Shown in pieces: positions 8,483 to 19,644 of a DNA stretch of 32,000 nucleotides. The DNA comes from Horticoccus luteus (lineage in GTDB: Bacteria > Verrucomicrobiota > Verrucomicrobiia > Opitutales > Opitutaceae). Positions within the stretch are counted from its first letter, which is position 1; every line of letters starts with the position of its first letter. The notes beneath the pieces are model-generated. The model was not told where the DNA came from, made no database searches, and saw only the letters and a list, made by a program, of their open reading frames with translations. The position numbers and the translations under genes were made by a program. The stretch spans positions 3,090,001 to 3,122,000 of the forward strand of contig NZ_CP080507.1 in the NCBI RefSeq assembly GCF_019464535.1, written 5' to 3'.

Positions 8483-10066
8483 TCATCGCACGATCAGACT
8501 CTCGCCCGTCATCTCCGGCGGCTTCGGCAGGCCCATGAGATCAAGAATCGTCGGCGCGAGGTCCGCCAGTCGCCCGCCCGTGCGCAGCTTCGTCTTGTCC
8601 GCCGTGAAGCCGTCGCCCACGACAAACACTTCCACGAGGTTCAACGTGTGCGCCGTGTGCGGTCCATTCACCGTCGGGTCCCACATCTGCTCGGCGTTGC
8701 CGTGATCCGCGCACACCACCGCACGGCCGTGCTGGGTCGCGAGCGCCGCGAGCAATTCACCCACGCCGCGATCCGTCGCCTCCACCGCCTTGATCGCCGC
8801 GGGCAGCGAACCGGTGTGGCCGACCATGTCGGGATTCGCATAATTCACGACCAGGAGCCCGTATTTCCCCGACAAGATCGCCGCCTTGGCCGCCGCCGTC
8901 ACTTCCACCGCCGACATCTCCGGCTGCAGATCATACGTCGCCACTTTCGGACTGGGCGGACACGCGCGATCTTCACCGGGAAACGGATCCTTGCGGTAAT
9001 TATTAAAGAAAAACGTCACGTGCGGATTCTTCTCCGTCTCCGCGCAGCGAAACTGCGCGATGCCCGCCTCGCTCACCACCTGCCCGAGGATGTTCTTCAA
9101 CTTCTCCGGCTTCGGCAGAATCACGTGCACGGGCAGACCCGCCTCATACTCCGTCATCGTCGCGTAGTAGAGATCGAGCTTCGCGCCGCGCTCGAAACCC
9201 GTGAAATCGTCCAACACAAACGCCTTGGTGATCTCGCGCGGCCGGTCGCCGCGGTAGTTATAAAATACGACCGCGTCGCCGTCGTGGATCGACGCCAGCG
9301 GCCGGCCATCCGCGTCCACGATCCACGTCGGCGCGACAAACTCGTCGCCTTTCTGCGTCTCCGTCAGCGGGTGATCGTAATACTGCTGCACCGCTGCCGC
9401 CGCACTCGGCGCGGTCGCCACGGCCTTTTTGCCCGTCAGCAGATCGTAGGCTTTGCTCACGCGTTCCCAGCGATTGTCGCGGTCCATCGCCCAAAACCGC
9501 CCGCACACCGTCGCGATTTTTCCCACCCCGATCTCCTCGCATTTCGCCGCGACCTGTTGCACGTAACCGAGCCCGCTGTGCGGCGGGGTGTCGCGACCAT
9601 CCGTGAACGCGTGGATGAAAACCTCGCTCACGCCGTCCGCCTTCGCCTGCCGCAGCAGGCCGTAGAGATGCTCCAGCATCCCATGCACGCCCGCGTCCGA
9701 TACGATGCCCATCAGGTGCAGCTTCGACCCGCGCAACTTCACGCGTTCCACGGCCCCGCGCCACACCGGATTCGCCGCGAGCCGCTTTTCCGAAAACAGC
9801 TTGTTAATGCGCACGAGCTCCTGGTCCACGATGCGCCCCGCGCCGATGTTTTCGTGCCCCACTTCGCTGTTGCCCATCACGCCGTCGGGCAGGCCGACGT
9901 CATGGCCGGACGCTTTCACCAGCGTCACCGGCGATTGCGCGTGCAACCGATCGTCGCACGGCGTGTGCGCCTGCCGGATCGCGTTGGTGGCGTCCTGGCT
10001 CGAATCGGGAGTTTTTCCCCAGCCATCGCGAATGATAAGAAGAACAGGAGGGCGCGCGTTACTCAT
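8483..10066 (-). CDS. gpmI: 2,3-bisphosphoglycerate-independent phosphoglycerate mutase
   Basis: Diagnostic segments are PVLLIIRDGWG, GLPDGVMGNSEVGHENIGAGRIV, FTDGRDTPP, YANPDMVGHTG and CADHGNAE. I place the start at the ATG at 10066 (MSNARPP). An alternative ATG is at 10081. Confidence 0.93.
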   Translation of the reverse strand: MSNARPPVLLIIRDGWGKTPDSSQDATNAIRQAHTPCDDRLHAQSPVTLVKASGHDVGLPDGVMGNSEVGHENIGAGRIVDQELVRINKLFSEKRLAANPVWRGAVERVKLRGSKLHLMGIVSDAGVHGMLEHLYGLLRQAKADGVSEVFIHAFTDGRDTPPHSGLGYVQQVAAKCEEIGVGKIATVCGRFWAMDRDNRWERVSKAYDLLTGKKAVATAPSAAAAVQQYYDHPLTETQKGDEFVAPTWIVDADGRPLASIHDGDAVVFYNYRGDRPREITKAFVLDDFTGFERGAKLDLYYATMTEYEAGLPVHVILPKPEKLKNILGQVVSEAGIAQFRCAETEKNPHVTFFFNNYRKDPFPGEDRACPPSPKVATYDLQPEMSAVEVTAAAKAAILSGKYGLLVVNYANPDMVGHTGSLPAAIKAVEATDRGVGELLAALATQHGRAVVCADHGNAEQMWDPTVNGPHTAHTLNLVEVFVVGDGFTADKTKLRTGGRLADLAPTILDLMGLPKPPEMTGESLIVR

Positions 10067-10192
10067 GGTGCGAATCGACATCCATGAACCTCCCGCGCCG
10101 CTGACAAAAGGCAAAAAGCAGAACCGCACCGCCGCGCGGGCTCAATTGCGCCTCTCTGCTGTCAGGCAACGCACTCCTTCCACGGCAACGCC

Positions 10193-10510
10193 ATGACCCT
10201 CATCATTCGAGACCGCTTGGTAAACCCGCCCACTTGGTTCCCGTCGTTTCGCGATCTCACGCTCTACTGCCATATCTTCCTGCGCGACGACGTCGTCATC
10301 GAGTCCAACGATCCCGATCCGTATTACCGCTGGATCAAACCCCAAGGCGGCATGGATTTTGTCGCCGAGTTTGTGCGACCCGGCACCGAAGACGGTTTGC
10401 GCCTCGACACCGAGCCCAACTACCCGCGCTCTGTCATCACGGAACGCATCGCGCCGGAAAACGTCCACCACCTCATTCGCCAGATCCAAGGCTGCCGCCG
10501 CTCCACTTGA
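10193..10510 (+). CDS. Hypothetical small protein (105 aa)
   Basis: The ORF starts with ATG and shows strong third-position G/C bias in this frame. I recognise no family. Confidence 0.5.
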   Translation: MTLIIRDRLVNPPTWFPSFRDLTLYCHIFLRDDVVIESNDPDPYYRWIKPQGGMDFVAEFVRPGTEDGLRLDTEPNYPRSVITERIAPENVHHLIRQIQGCRRST

Positions 10511-10576
10511 CCGTCGCTGGCCCTGCTCCTCTTCCCCGACGGAGCCTCCTCTCAAAACATCTGTCAGAGCTCACCT

Positions 10577-11557
10577 ATGACAAGTCGCCCCGGCTTGCTT
10601 TCGATTTTGCTGACCTTGGCCACGCGCCGCCGCGCGCTCGCCTGGCTCGGTGCATGCTCGCTTCTCGCCACCGCGCTTTCGGCGGCCGACGCCACGAACC
10701 CGCCCGTCCTCGTGCGCGACGGGCCTGCGCCCGCCCAATCTCAGGTCGATCTCCGCGAACGCATCCTGCGCATGACGGAATTCTTCGACACCATGCTTCC
10801 CGGCGTGCTCGACAAGAACAACGTCACCCTCCACTTCACGCCGAAATTTTCGGATATGCGCGATCATGAATACATCCGCTATCCGCTCGAACTGCGCTAC
10901 GGCGCCGGCAATGGCTGGGAGTATTACGGCGGCCCCACGCCGTTCAGCCCCAATCCGCTCAACGGCGGCCGCGATCACCGTTGGGGCGTCGGCGAAATCC
11001 GCGTCGGCGCCCGCTACGATTACGGCCCGTCACTCGGCTTTTTCGATGACACGACATTCGGCTTCGAGACCCGCGTGCCCGTCGGCAAACCGCCGATCGA
11101 CCTCAACGACCACTACACCCACCTGCGGCCCTTCATCACCGCCGCCCGCCATCTCGTTTCCTGGCCCGACGTCACGTTTTATAGCAATCTTAGCTACGAT
11201 CGCAGCGTGCGCCTGTTTTCGCGCGAGGCGGCACCCCCGGAAGTCACGCGCCGCAACATCATCGAAATCGCGCCCGGCTATCTCTACAAACCGAACGAAT
11301 ACGGCTATTTTATCGAGTATCGCTTCCGCCACATCGCCGAGGACACCGACGTTTACCTCGGCCACGAATTCCGGCTCGGAGCGTTGTGGGATGTTCCTCT
11401 CTGGCGCACGGCGCGCATCGGCCTGCCCGGCAAGTGGCAGATCGAACTCGCCTATCGCGCCAACCACGAGGAAGCGCGCGGCACCGACCACGGCCTCGTC
11501 GCCCGCGTCAACTGGCGCACGACCCTCCGCGAAGTCCTCAACGCCACGCGGCACTGA
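10577..11557 (+). CDS. Hypothetical secreted protein, possibly an outer-membrane beta-barrel
   Basis: The N-terminus is signal-like (LAWLGACSLLATALSAADA). The C-terminal two thirds show alternating aromatic/polar strands (YFIEYRFRHI, WQIELAYRAN, LVARVNWR). The coding bias is good. The family is not recognised. Confidence 0.55.
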   Translation: MTSRPGLLSILLTLATRRRALAWLGACSLLATALSAADATNPPVLVRDGPAPAQSQVDLRERILRMTEFFDTMLPGVLDKNNVTLHFTPKFSDMRDHEYIRYPLELRYGAGNGWEYYGGPTPFSPNPLNGGRDHRWGVGEIRVGARYDYGPSLGFFDDTTFGFETRVPVGKPPIDLNDHYTHLRPFITAARHLVSWPDVTFYSNLSYDRSVRLFSREAAPPEVTRRNIIEIAPGYLYKPNEYGYFIEYRFRHIAEDTDVYLGHEFRLGALWDVPLWRTARIGLPGKWQIELAYRANHEEARGTDHGLVARVNWRTTLREVLNATRH

Positions 11558-11835
11558 GTCCGCGCGTCAGCCACCAAGCTCGCTACGCCAACGAGCAGAT
11601 CTCACTCGCCGGAAAAAGTGCGCGTCTGGTCAACCTCAAGACATCCGGTTTTAGGTTTGTCTTTTGCCAAGGCGGAAAAGGGCTCGTGTTGTCCGCATCT
11701 AATTAGCCCGTGCGGGCGCCGGCTGAAGATTGGTTCGCGCCTGGGGATGCGCAATCCGTGGAAATCGGCTCACAGCGATTGCACAGCTTTGCCCTCGTTG
11801 ACTTCGCCTCAATTCTCCCGACGAATCTCCGCTGC

Positions 11836-12876
11836 ATGCCTTCGCGCGCCGTCCTCCTCGTCAACCTCGGGTCACCCGATTCCACCGCGGTCCCGGATGT
11901 CCGCCGCTATCTCGATGAATTCCTTGGCGACGAACGCGTCATCGACCGGCCCGCGAGCCCGCTCCTGCGTTCGCTGCTCGTCCATCGTCTCATCACCCCG
12001 AAACGCGCGCCCAACTCCGCTCACGCTTACGAGCAGATCTGGACCGCCGAGGGATCTCCGCTGATCGTTCTGTCGCACCGCACCGCGCAAAAACTCACCA
12101 CCGCGCTCGGGCCCGCCATCCCCGTTTACCTCGCCATGCGTTATGGCAACCCCTCGATTGCCAGCGTCGTCGCCCAAATCGCGGCCGATGGGATCGATGA
12201 GGTTCTGCTCTTCCCGCAATACCCGCACTATGCGATGTCGTCGTGGGAGACGGTCGTCGTCAAAGTCCACGAGGAAGCCGCCCGCCTCGCTCCGCGTTTG
12301 CGCATCACCACGGTGCAGCCTTTTTACGCCGACGCCGATTACATCAACGCCCTCCACGCCGTCGCTGCGCCCTACCTCGCGCAACCGCACGATCTCGTGC
12401 TCTTCAGCTTCCACGGCATTCCCGAACGTCACCTGCGCCAGACAGATTCGTCGCACGCGCACTGCCTTACGGTCGCGGATTGCTGCATCACCTGCTCGCC
12501 CGCACACGCTACCTGCTACCGCGCCCAAATCTTCGCGACCACGCGCGCGCTCGTCGCCCGCGCCGGCATTCCTTCCGATAAATTCACGGTCTCCTTCCAA
12601 TCACGCCTGGTCGGCGAACCCTGGCTCACGCCCTATACCGATCATTTGTTCAAGCAGCTTCCGACCCAGGGCAAGAAACGCCTGCTCGTTATCTGTCCGG
12701 CCTTTGTCACCGATTGCCTCGAAACACTCGAAGAAATCGCCGTGCAGGGCCGGCAGGAATTTCTCGCCGCCGGCGGCGAAACGTTTCAACAAATCCCCTG
12801 CTTGAACGACCACGACGCCTACATCCAATTTCTCGCGACGCGTGTGCGCCGCTGGTTGACTGACGGCTCAGCGTGA
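11836..12876 (+). CDS. hemH: Ferrochelatase
   Basis: Matching segments are MPSRAVLLVNLGSPDS..VRRYLDEFL.D.RVI, AMRYGNPSI, LFPQYPHYAMSS, SFHGIPERH and ICPAFVTDCLETLEEI. I trimmed the start to the ATG at 11836. Confidence 0.92.
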   Translation: MPSRAVLLVNLGSPDSTAVPDVRRYLDEFLGDERVIDRPASPLLRSLLVHRLITPKRAPNSAHAYEQIWTAEGSPLIVLSHRTAQKLTTALGPAIPVYLAMRYGNPSIASVVAQIAADGIDEVLLFPQYPHYAMSSWETVVVKVHEEAARLAPRLRITTVQPFYADADYINALHAVAAPYLAQPHDLVLFSFHGIPERHLRQTDSSHAHCLTVADCCITCSPAHATCYRAQIFATTRALVARAGIPSDKFTVSFQSRLVGEPWLTPYTDHLFKQLPTQGKKRLLVICPAFVTDCLETLEEIAVQGRQEFLAAGGETFQQIPCLNDHDAYIQFLATRVRRWLTDGSA

Positions 12877-15572
12877 CCGCTGACGACACCAACTCGCCGC
12901 CTCGTCCCGCCGACGCCTCCGCGCCCGCTCTCTTCGCGCTCGACGCTGCGGGCCGCATCACGTGGGCCAGCCGCTCCGCCGCCGCGCTCGGTGCCACCGC
13001 CGCTCCATTGATCGGCGAACCATTTGTCGCTCTTTTCGTTTTCGACGTCGTTTCGCGCGATCCCGATTTACTCGAAGCGCAATGGGACGCCGTGCGCGCC
13101 GCCACCGCAACCGGTCCGCTTCGTCTCAGCCTACGCTCCGCCGCCGCTCCCGACGACGACCCCGGCCTCGCGGTCGACGTTCAACTCGAACCCGGTCCCA
13201 ACGGCGACGACTGGCTCGCCACCATCCTGCCCGCTCCCGCCGCCGATGCCGCCCGCCCCGCCGCCACCGACACCGAGAGCGAAGCGTTTCGCTGGCTCGT
13301 CGAACAAGGCGGCGTGGGTTTCTTCGATCTGAATTTCGCGACCGGCCGGATCTACTACTCCCCGGCGTGGAAAAAACTGCTCGGTTACGTCGCCTCCGAG
13401 TTGCCCGACACCTACGAAAGCTGGCTCGGTCACCTGCATCCCGACGACACCGGCGCCGCTCCCGATCGCCTCACGCGCAAACCCACCGCTGGCCCGCACG
13501 CGTTCTCGGTCGAGTTTCGCCTTCGGCATCGCCGCGGCGAATACGTTTGGGTGCAATGCACCGGCCTGCAGCAGATCGATGCCGCCGGCGCCGTCACGCG
13601 CGCCATCGGCCTCTGCTCCGACATCACCGAACGCAAGGAACTCGAGGAAGCCAGCGTCGCCAACGACGAACGTTTCCGCACCCTCGCCGAAGACGAGGGC
13701 CCGCTCGGCGCGTTTGAATTCGATTTCACCGGCGCCGGCACCGGCTGGGTTTCGTCTTCATTCGCCGCGCTGACCGGCTTCGACGATCCTGCGCCACTCG
13801 CCTCCTCCGCAAATTTCCTCCAAGTCCTGCCGCCCGAAGCCGCCGAGCTCGGCCTCGCGACCTGGTTGCTCGCGCGCGGGCGCGCCGGCCAGCCTCACTT
13901 CGCCGAACCCATCCGCGTGCGCCGACGCGATGGCTCCGCCCTGCCCGTCCTCTTCGGCGCCGTCCGCCAAGTAAACCGCCGGCGCGAACTACTGCGCGTC
14001 ACCGGCTTCATCTGCCCGCTGCCCGCCGATTGCGCTCTCGCCACCGAGGCTACCGCCACCACCGCGCTTCCGGCCGAATTGGCCCGCGAGGCGTTCGGCG
14101 CGCTCGCCGAAGGTGTCCTGCTGACCGACGCCAAAGGGCGCATCGTTTTCCTCAACGCCACCGCCAGCCGCCTCCTGCGCCTTTCCGCCGAGCAAGTGCG
14201 CGATCATCCCGCGAGCGATGTGTTTCGCCTCGTTGATCGCGAGAGCGGCCGCCCCGGCGATGATGCCTGCGAAGCCGCCCTCTCCGCCGAAGCGCCCCTC
14301 AACCTGCGCGCCGATCAAGCCCTCGCCGCCGTCGCACCCGACGAAGCCCCCGTGCCCATCGTCTGGACCGCGCGCGCCGTCGCCTCCGCCACCGGTCAGA
14401 CCCTCGGAGTGGTCATCGTTTTCCGCGACCCGGATGAGATGAGTCTCACGCCCGAGGAACTGATCAAAGCCAACCGCTTCGAAGCGCTCGGCCTGCTCGC
14501 CGGCGGCATCGCTCACGACTTCAACAATCTCCTCACCACGATTCTCGGTGGTGTCTCGCTCGCGAAAGACAGTCGCGATCTCAGCAAACTCGAAGACAGC
14601 GAAAAAGCCTCTCTCGCCGCCAAGGCCCTCACCCGCCAACTGCTCACCGTCGCCAAAGGCGGACTGGGCGCGGAATCCGTCGTTCCCTCCGCAGAAATCC
14701 TGCACGACGCCGTGCGCATCGCCGCGTCCGGCAGCGATGCCGTTGTCACCGTCGAAGTGCCCGAGGGCACCGATCCCGTTTTGATGGACCGCTCGCAGAT
14801 GCTGCAGGTTTTTCAAAACCTGGTCGTCAACGCGATCCAAGCCATGCCGCCCCCGCCGCACCGCGGTCGCGTGCAACTCAGCGCGGTCAACGTCACCCTC
14901 GCCGACGACCAAATCGCCGGCTTGCCCGCCGGCGACTACGTGCAGTTTGAATCGCGCGACAACGCCGCCGGCATCAAGCCCGAGCACCTCGAAAAGATTT
15001 TCGATCCGTTCTTCACCACCAAGAAGCACGGCACCGGCCTGGGCCTCGCGACCGTGCTCTCGATCGTGCGCAAACACGGCGGTCAGATCGGCGTCGATTC
15101 GACCGTCGGCGTCGGCACCGTCTTCACGATTTTTCTCCCGAAAGCCGACCGCCCCGCCGAAGTCCAGGCGCGCCGCGCACCGTCGTTGCGCTTCGGCACC
15201 GGTCGCGTGCTGTTCATGGACGACGACCCCAAAATCTCCGCCCTCACCGCGGGGATGCTCCAGAGTCTCGACTACAAATTCGACCTCGCGAAAAACGGCG
15301 AGGAGGCGGTCACGCTCTACAAACGTTATCTCAACATCGGCCGCCCTTACGACCTCGTCATCATGGACGTCACCGTGATCGGCGGCATGGGCGCGGCCGA
15401 AACGTTCACGATTCTGCGCGAACTCGATCCGGATGTCCGCGCCATCGTCGCCAGCGGTTACGACAACGACGACATCGCGCGGCAGTTCATGGACCAGGGA
15501 TTTTCCGGCTATCTCGCGAAACCCTACCGCGTCACCGATCTCGGCAAAGTCATGAAAACCGTTCTTGGCTGA
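12873..15572 (+). CDS. Cytoplasmic multi-PAS hybrid sensor histidine kinase with C-terminal receiver domain
   Basis: Kinase motifs: H-box [17 protein letters not shown]-box [14 protein letters not shown], and G-boxes DNAAGI / GTGLGLATV. Receiver motifs: RVLFMDDD ... DLVIMDVTV ... YLAKP. PAS-like segments include [11 protein letters not shown]...[14 protein letters not shown]...DITERKELE. No TM segment is seen. The GTG start at 12873 overlaps the hemH stop (GTGA). Confidence 0.88.
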   Translation: MTADDTNSPPRPADASAPALFALDAAGRITWASRSAAALGATAAPLIGEPFVALFVFDVVSRDPDLLEAQWDAVRAATATGPLRLSLRSAAAPDDDPGLAVDVQLEPGPNGDDWLATILPAPAADAARPAATDTESEAFRWLVEQGGVGFFDLNFATGRIYYSPAWKKLLGYVASELPDTYESWLGHLHPDDTGAAPDRLTRKPTAGPHAFSVEFRLRHRRGEYVWVQCTGLQQIDAAGAVTRAIGLCSDITERKELEEASVANDERFRTLAEDEGPLGAFEFDFTGAGTGWVSSSFAALTGFDDPAPLASSANFLQVLPPEAAELGLATWLLARGRAGQPHFAEPIRVRRRDGSALPVLFGAVRQVNRRRELLRVTGFICPLPADCALATEATATTALPAELAREAFGALAEGVLLTDAKGRIVFLNATASRLLRLSAEQVRDHPASDVFRLVDRESGRPGDDACEAALSAEAPLNLRADQALAAVAPDEAPVPIVWTARAVASATGQTLGVVIVFRDPDEMSLTPEELIKANRFEALGLLAGGIAHDFNNLLTTILGGVSLAKDSRDLSKLEDSEKASLAAKALTRQLLTVAKGGLGAESVVPSAEILHDAVRIAASGSDAVVTVEVPEGTDPVLMDRSQMLQVFQNLVVNAIQAMPPPPHRGRVQLSAVNVTLADDQIAGLPAGDYVQFESRDNAAGIKPEHLEKIFDPFFTTKKHGTGLGLATVLSIVRKHGGQIGVDSTVGVGTVFTIFLPKADRPAEVQARRAPSLRFGTGRVLFMDDDPKISALTAGMLQSLDYKFDLAKNGEEAVTLYKRYLNIGRPYDLVIMDVTVIGGMGAAETFTILRELDPDVRAIVASGYDNDDIARQFMDQGFSGYLAKPYRVTDLGKVMKTVLG

Positions 15573-15716
15573 ACACGCCGGCCGACCAAGCGCCTCGCCC
15601 GCCGCGCGACCGTTGCCCGGCTCCCGAGGCGTCGCTCGTCCGCTTACGCTCCCTCACGTCGCTGACGCGCCCGCCCGCTCCGAGTCGCATCGACTGCAAT
15701 CGCCGCCGACCTCACC

Positions 15717-16421
15717 ATGCTCTCCAAGCCGATTCCTCCTTGGATTCTGATGGGCGGCACGGGGCTGGCCATGATCGCGGGCGGCGTGAACGCCATCGGC
15801 CTGCTCGGCGTGCATCCGCGCGCGTTCAGTCATCTCACGGGCAACATCACCATCACCGCCGCGGAAATCGCCCGCGGCGACTGGCCGCAAGTGCTGCACA
15901 TCGCCCTCATCGTCCTGTTTTTCTTTCTCGGATGCGTGGCCAGCGGGCTCATCATCCACGATAGTTCGCTCAAAGCCGGCCGACGCTACGGCGCAGCGCT
16001 TCTCGCGGAGGCCGCCCTTCTTTTCGCCGCCACGTATTTCATGCGTCACGGCGCCACCGGTGGCGACTACCTCGTGACCATGGCGTGCGGCCTTCAAAAC
16101 GCGATGGCGAGCAGTTACAGCGGTGCGGTCGTGCGCACGACTCACATGACTGGCATTGTCACCGACATCGGGCTGGCCATCGGTGTCGCCGCCCGCGGCC
16201 ACCCCGTCGATCGGCGCCGCCTCGGGCTCTACGCTACGTTGCTCGTCGGGTTCTTTCTCGGCGGGTTGAGCGGCGGATGGATTTATCTGCGACTCGGCCC
16301 TGACGCCCTGCTGATTCCCGCGTCGCTGACCGCCATCGGCGGTTTGAGCTATACCCTCGTGAAACACCATCAGCGGAGGCGCGCGCACAGCCTCAACGCT
16401 TCCCCGACGGCGCGGCATTAG
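15717..16421 (+). CDS. DUF1275 (YoaK-like) integral membrane protein
   Basis: The protein is multi-TM. The motifs SHLTGN, ACGLQNAM and TTHMTGIVTDIG are characteristic of DUF1275. Confidence 0.7.
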   Translation: MLSKPIPPWILMGGTGLAMIAGGVNAIGLLGVHPRAFSHLTGNITITAAEIARGDWPQVLHIALIVLFFFLGCVASGLIIHDSSLKAGRRYGAALLAEAALLFAATYFMRHGATGGDYLVTMACGLQNAMASSYSGAVVRTTHMTGIVTDIGLAIGVAARGHPVDRRRLGLYATLLVGFFLGGLSGGWIYLRLGPDALLIPASLTAIGGLSYTLVKHHQRRRAHSLNASPTARH

Positions 16422-16458
16422 CCCCGCTCGCTCCCGCGGTCCGGATTCGTTCGCCGGC

Positions 16459-18303
16459 TCAGGCCACCGCGACGAGATCCTTTTCCACCCTCAGGTTCTC
16501 AATGATGAACTCCTGCCGCTGCGGCGTGTTCTTCCCCATGAAAAACGAGAGCAGCTCGGCGCTGTTGTGCAGGTGGTGGAGCGAAAGCGGCTCGAGCCGG
16601 ATGTTTTCGCCGATGAAATCCTTGAACTCGTTCGCCGAAATTTCGCCGAGCCCCTTGAACCGCGTGATCTCGTGCGTCGCCCCCAGTTCCTTCACCGCCG
16701 CCTGCTTTTCCTCCTCTGAGTAACAGTAGATCGTGCGCTTCTTGTTCCGCACGCGGAAGAGCGGCGTTTCGAGAATATAGAGCCGGCCCGCCGTGATGAG
16801 CTCCGGGAAAAACTGCAGGAAAAACGAAATCAACAGGAGACGAATGTGCATGCCGTCCACGTCTGCATCCGTGGCGATGACCACTTTGCCGTAACGCAAT
16901 CCATCCAGCCCGTCCTCGATGTTCAGCGCCGATTGCAGGAGGTGAAACTCCTCGTTCTCGTAGATCACCTTTTTCGAGAGCCCGAACGTGTTGAGCGGTT
17001 TCCCCTTCAACGCGAACACTGCCTGCGTCTGCACATCGCGGCACGCCGTCAGCGAACCCGCCGCCGAATCGCCCTCGACGATGAACAACGCCGACTCGTC
17101 CGCGCGCGGGTTGCGCTCGCCGAGGTGCAGCCGGCAATCGCGCAGCTTGCGGTTGTGCAGCGATGCTTTTTTGGCGCGTTCGCGCGCCAGATTGCGGATG
17201 CCCGCCAGCTCCTTCCGTTCGTGTTCGCTCTCCTGTATCTTGCGCAGGATCGCGCCCGCCGTGTCAGGATTGCGATGCAGGTAAACATCGAGGTGCTGCT
17301 GCACGAACTTGCCGATGAACTCGCGCACCGACGGCCCGTTCGGCCCCATGTCGTTCGAACCCAGCTTCGTCTTCGTCTGCGATTCGAACACCGGCTCCTG
17401 CACCCGCACCGAAATCGCTGCGATGATCGACTGCCGCACATCCGCCGCTTCGAAATCCTTCTTGTAGAAATTGCGCACCGTCTCGACCACCGCCTCGCGG
17501 AAAGCCGCCTGATGCGTGCCGCCCATCGTCGTATGCTGGCCGTTCACGAACGAATAGTATTCCTCGCCGTAGTGCGCGCCGTGCGTCAGCGCGATCTCGA
17601 TGTCTTCCGCCTCCAGATGGATGATCGGATACAGCGTTTCGCCCGTCAGATTCTTCTGCAGCAAATCGCGCAGCCCGTGCTCGGATTTGAACGACTTGCC
17701 ATTGAACGTGAGCGTCAGCCCCCGGTTCAAAAACGCGTAGTTCCACATCATGTCCTCGATGAACTCGGGGCGAAAACGGAAATCCGCGCCAAACAGCGCC
17801 GTGTCGGGCGTGAACTCGATGATCGTCCCGTTGCGCTCGTCCGACTTCACCACCTTGTGCTCCTTCTTCAACTTCCCCTCGGCGAACTCGACCACCTTCG
17901 TCTCGCCGTCGCGCACCGCCTGCGCCCGATACGTGAGCGCCAGCGCGTTGACCGCCTTCTGGCCCACGCCGTTCAAACCCACCGATTTTTGAAACGTCTC
18001 GCTGTCGTATTTCGCGCCCGTGTTGATGATCGACACGCAGTCGATCAGCTTGCCGAGCGGAATGCCGCGACCGTAATCACGCACGCGCACGCTGCGCTCC
18101 TTCAGCTCGATCTCGATCCGCTTGCCGTAACCCATCGTGAATTCGTCGATCGAATTATCGATGGTCTCCTTGATCAGAACGTAGATGCCGTCCTCCGCGT
18201 GTGAACCATTGCCGAGCCGGCCGATATACATGCCGGGCCGCAGACGGATGTGCTCGAGCGAGGAAAGGGTCTTGATGCTGGCTTCAGTGTAGTTGGACGC
18301 CAT
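16459..18303 (-). CDS. parE: Type IIA DNA topoisomerase subunit B, ParE-like (614 aa)
   Basis: Matching segments are [26 protein letters not shown], a Toprim region ([11 protein letters not shown]-like: [11 protein letters not shown]) and [11 protein letters not shown]. Its short length, without a GyrB insertion, resembles the Topo IV B subunits of Bacteroidetes/PVC lineages. ParE versus GyrB cannot be settled without a phylogeny. Confidence 0.85.
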   Translation of the reverse strand: MASNYTEASIKTLSSLEHIRLRPGMYIGRLGNGSHAEDGIYVLIKETIDNSIDEFTMGYGKRIEIELKERSVRVRDYGRGIPLGKLIDCVSIINTGAKYDSETFQKSVGLNGVGQKAVNALALTYRAQAVRDGETKVVEFAEGKLKKEHKVVKSDERNGTIIEFTPDTALFGADFRFRPEFIEDMMWNYAFLNRGLTLTFNGKSFKSEHGLRDLLQKNLTGETLYPIIHLEAEDIEIALTHGAHYGEEYYSFVNGQHTTMGGTHQAAFREAVVETVRNFYKKDFEAADVRQSIIAAISVRVQEPVFESQTKTKLGSNDMGPNGPSVREFIGKFVQQHLDVYLHRNPDTAGAILRKIQESEHERKELAGIRNLARERAKKASLHNRKLRDCRLHLGERNPRADESALFIVEGDSAAGSLTACRDVQTQAVFALKGKPLNTFGLSKKVIYENEEFHLLQSALNIEDGLDGLRYGKVVIATDADVDGMHIRLLLISFFLQFFPELITAGRLYILETPLFRVRNKKRTIYCYSEEEKQAAVKELGATHEITRFKGLGEISANEFKDFIGENIRLEPLSLHHLHNSAELLSFFMGKNTPQRQEFIIENLRVEKDLVAVA

Positions 18304-18378
18304 GAACGAAAATTTGTGCTGACAGCGTCAGGGCGAGCCCGGGCGTGACAAGCGTAAATCCTCGCGCAAACTCCGCGC

Positions 18379-18762
18379 ATGACCCCGCGCTTCTCCGGCC
18401 TGCCGTTTTTCGTCTACCCCGTGAGCGACATGCCGCGCGCCCGCGCCTTCTACCGCGGCGTGCTCGGCCTCACCGAATCCGCCAATTGGGGGGACAAATG
18501 GGTCGAGTTCGAGGTCGGTTCCCCTGACGGTCCGGCATTGGCGATCTCCACCGAAATCGGCGGCGCCATTCCCGGGTCCACCGCCGCCGCCGCCGCGCTC
18601 GAAGCCATCGATTTCGACGCGGCGATCGCGCATCTTCGCGCGCAGAACATCTCCATCATTTTCGGCCCCGCCGACTCAGGCGTCTGCCATTTCGCGCGCT
18701 TCACCGATCCCGACGGCAATCACCTCGTGCTCCATCGCCACCACCCTCCCGCAGCATCCTGA
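18379..18762 (+). CDS. VOC (glyoxalase/bleomycin-resistance/dioxygenase) family protein
   Basis: FFVYPVSDMPRARAFYRGVLGL ... FTDPDGNHLVLH shows the typical N-terminal and C-terminal VOC signatures. Confidence 0.7.
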   Translation: MTPRFSGLPFFVYPVSDMPRARAFYRGVLGLTESANWGDKWVEFEVGSPDGPALAISTEIGGAIPGSTAAAAALEAIDFDAAIAHLRAQNISIIFGPADSGVCHFARFTDPDGNHLVLHRHHPPAAS

Positions 18763-18842
18763 CCGGCATCCTTCCGGCGCCACGGCACTTGCGCGTCTTT
18801 TCCTTGAACGCGCCCCTGCGATTGCGGTCCTACTCTCCCGCC

Positions 18843-19565
18843 ATGAAAAAATTCCTCCTCTCCCTCGTGGTCGTCGTCGCGATCCTCGCGCTCGTCGTCT
18901 TCATCGTCGGCCGCTACTTCGTCGGCACCGCCATCACCGCCAGCGTCAATAAATTCGGCCCTGAGCTTACACAGACCAACGTCCACCTCGACAGCGCCAG
19001 CATTTCGCCGTTCTCCGGCCATGGCACGCTGACCAACTTCGTCGTGGGCAATCCCCAGGGCTGGAGCGACCGCAACGCCTTCCACCTCGGCCAGGTGTCC
19101 ATCGACCTCAAACCGACCACCGTGCTCGGCGATCAGCCGATCGTCATCAACTCCATCGCCATCACCCAGCCCGAAATCGTTTACGAGACGCACCTCGTCT
19201 CCAGCAATATTGGCGACCTCATGAAGAACATCGAGGCCGCCACGGGCGGCGATAAGCCCAAGCCCACCGACGAGAAAAAGCCGCCGCGGAAACTCATCGT
19301 GAAGCACTTCGTCCTGAGCGACGCCAAAGTCACCGTCGGCGTAGGCACCGCCGCCATCACCGTCCCCATGCCGACCGTCGAACTCAACGATCTCGGCGTG
19401 AAGGAAGGCGGCATCACGCCCGGTCAGCTCGCCTTTGCGATTTCCCGCAGCGTCACCGCCCAAGTCGTCGCCTCCGCCGCGAGCGCCATCGGCAAAAACG
19501 GCGTGGAAGACACCGTGAAAAAAGCCGGCAGCACTTTGAAGGATCTGCTCGGCGGCAAGAAATAA
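18843..19565 (+). CDS. Membrane-anchored hypothetical protein (single N-terminal TM; faint AsmA/DUF748-like appearance)
   Basis: The start is the ATG at 18843 (MKKFLLSLVVVVAILALVVFIVG). The coding bias is good. The family assignment is tentative. Confidence 0.55.
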   Translation: MKKFLLSLVVVVAILALVVFIVGRYFVGTAITASVNKFGPELTQTNVHLDSASISPFSGHGTLTNFVVGNPQGWSDRNAFHLGQVSIDLKPTTVLGDQPIVINSIAITQPEIVYETHLVSSNIGDLMKNIEAATGGDKPKPTDEKKPPRKLIVKHFVLSDAKVTVGVGTAAITVPMPTVELNDLGVKEGGITPGQLAFAISRSVTAQVVASAASAIGKNGVEDTVKKAGSTLKDLLGGKK

Positions 19566-19604
19566 GCCCGCCGGCCCTCGCGGCGATCCATCAACCGCCT
19601 CTCA

Positions 19605-19634
19605 CTCCGCAGCGCATCATCGCGCGCGGAGTTT
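19605..19634 (+). terminator. Possible terminator hairpin in a convergent gap
   Basis: The sequence is CTCCGC-A-GCGC-ATCATC-GCGC-GCGGAG followed by TTT. That is a 10-bp stem with one bulge and only a weak T-tract. Confidence 0.3.
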
Positions 19635-19644
19635 CCTGCCGGAA

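Noticed and set aside
8351-10087. 578-aa plus-strand ORF
   Set aside because: It lies antisense to gpmI. Its composition is extremely Arg/His-rich and it has no motifs. It is a shadow ORF.
13989-15077. 362-aa minus-strand ORF
   Set aside because: It lies antisense to the histidine kinase, whose H, N and G boxes and receiver motifs are unambiguous on the plus strand.
16846-18204. 452-aa plus-strand ORF
   Set aside because: It lies antisense to the topoisomerase B subunit gene. It is an Arg/Leu/His-rich shadow ORF.
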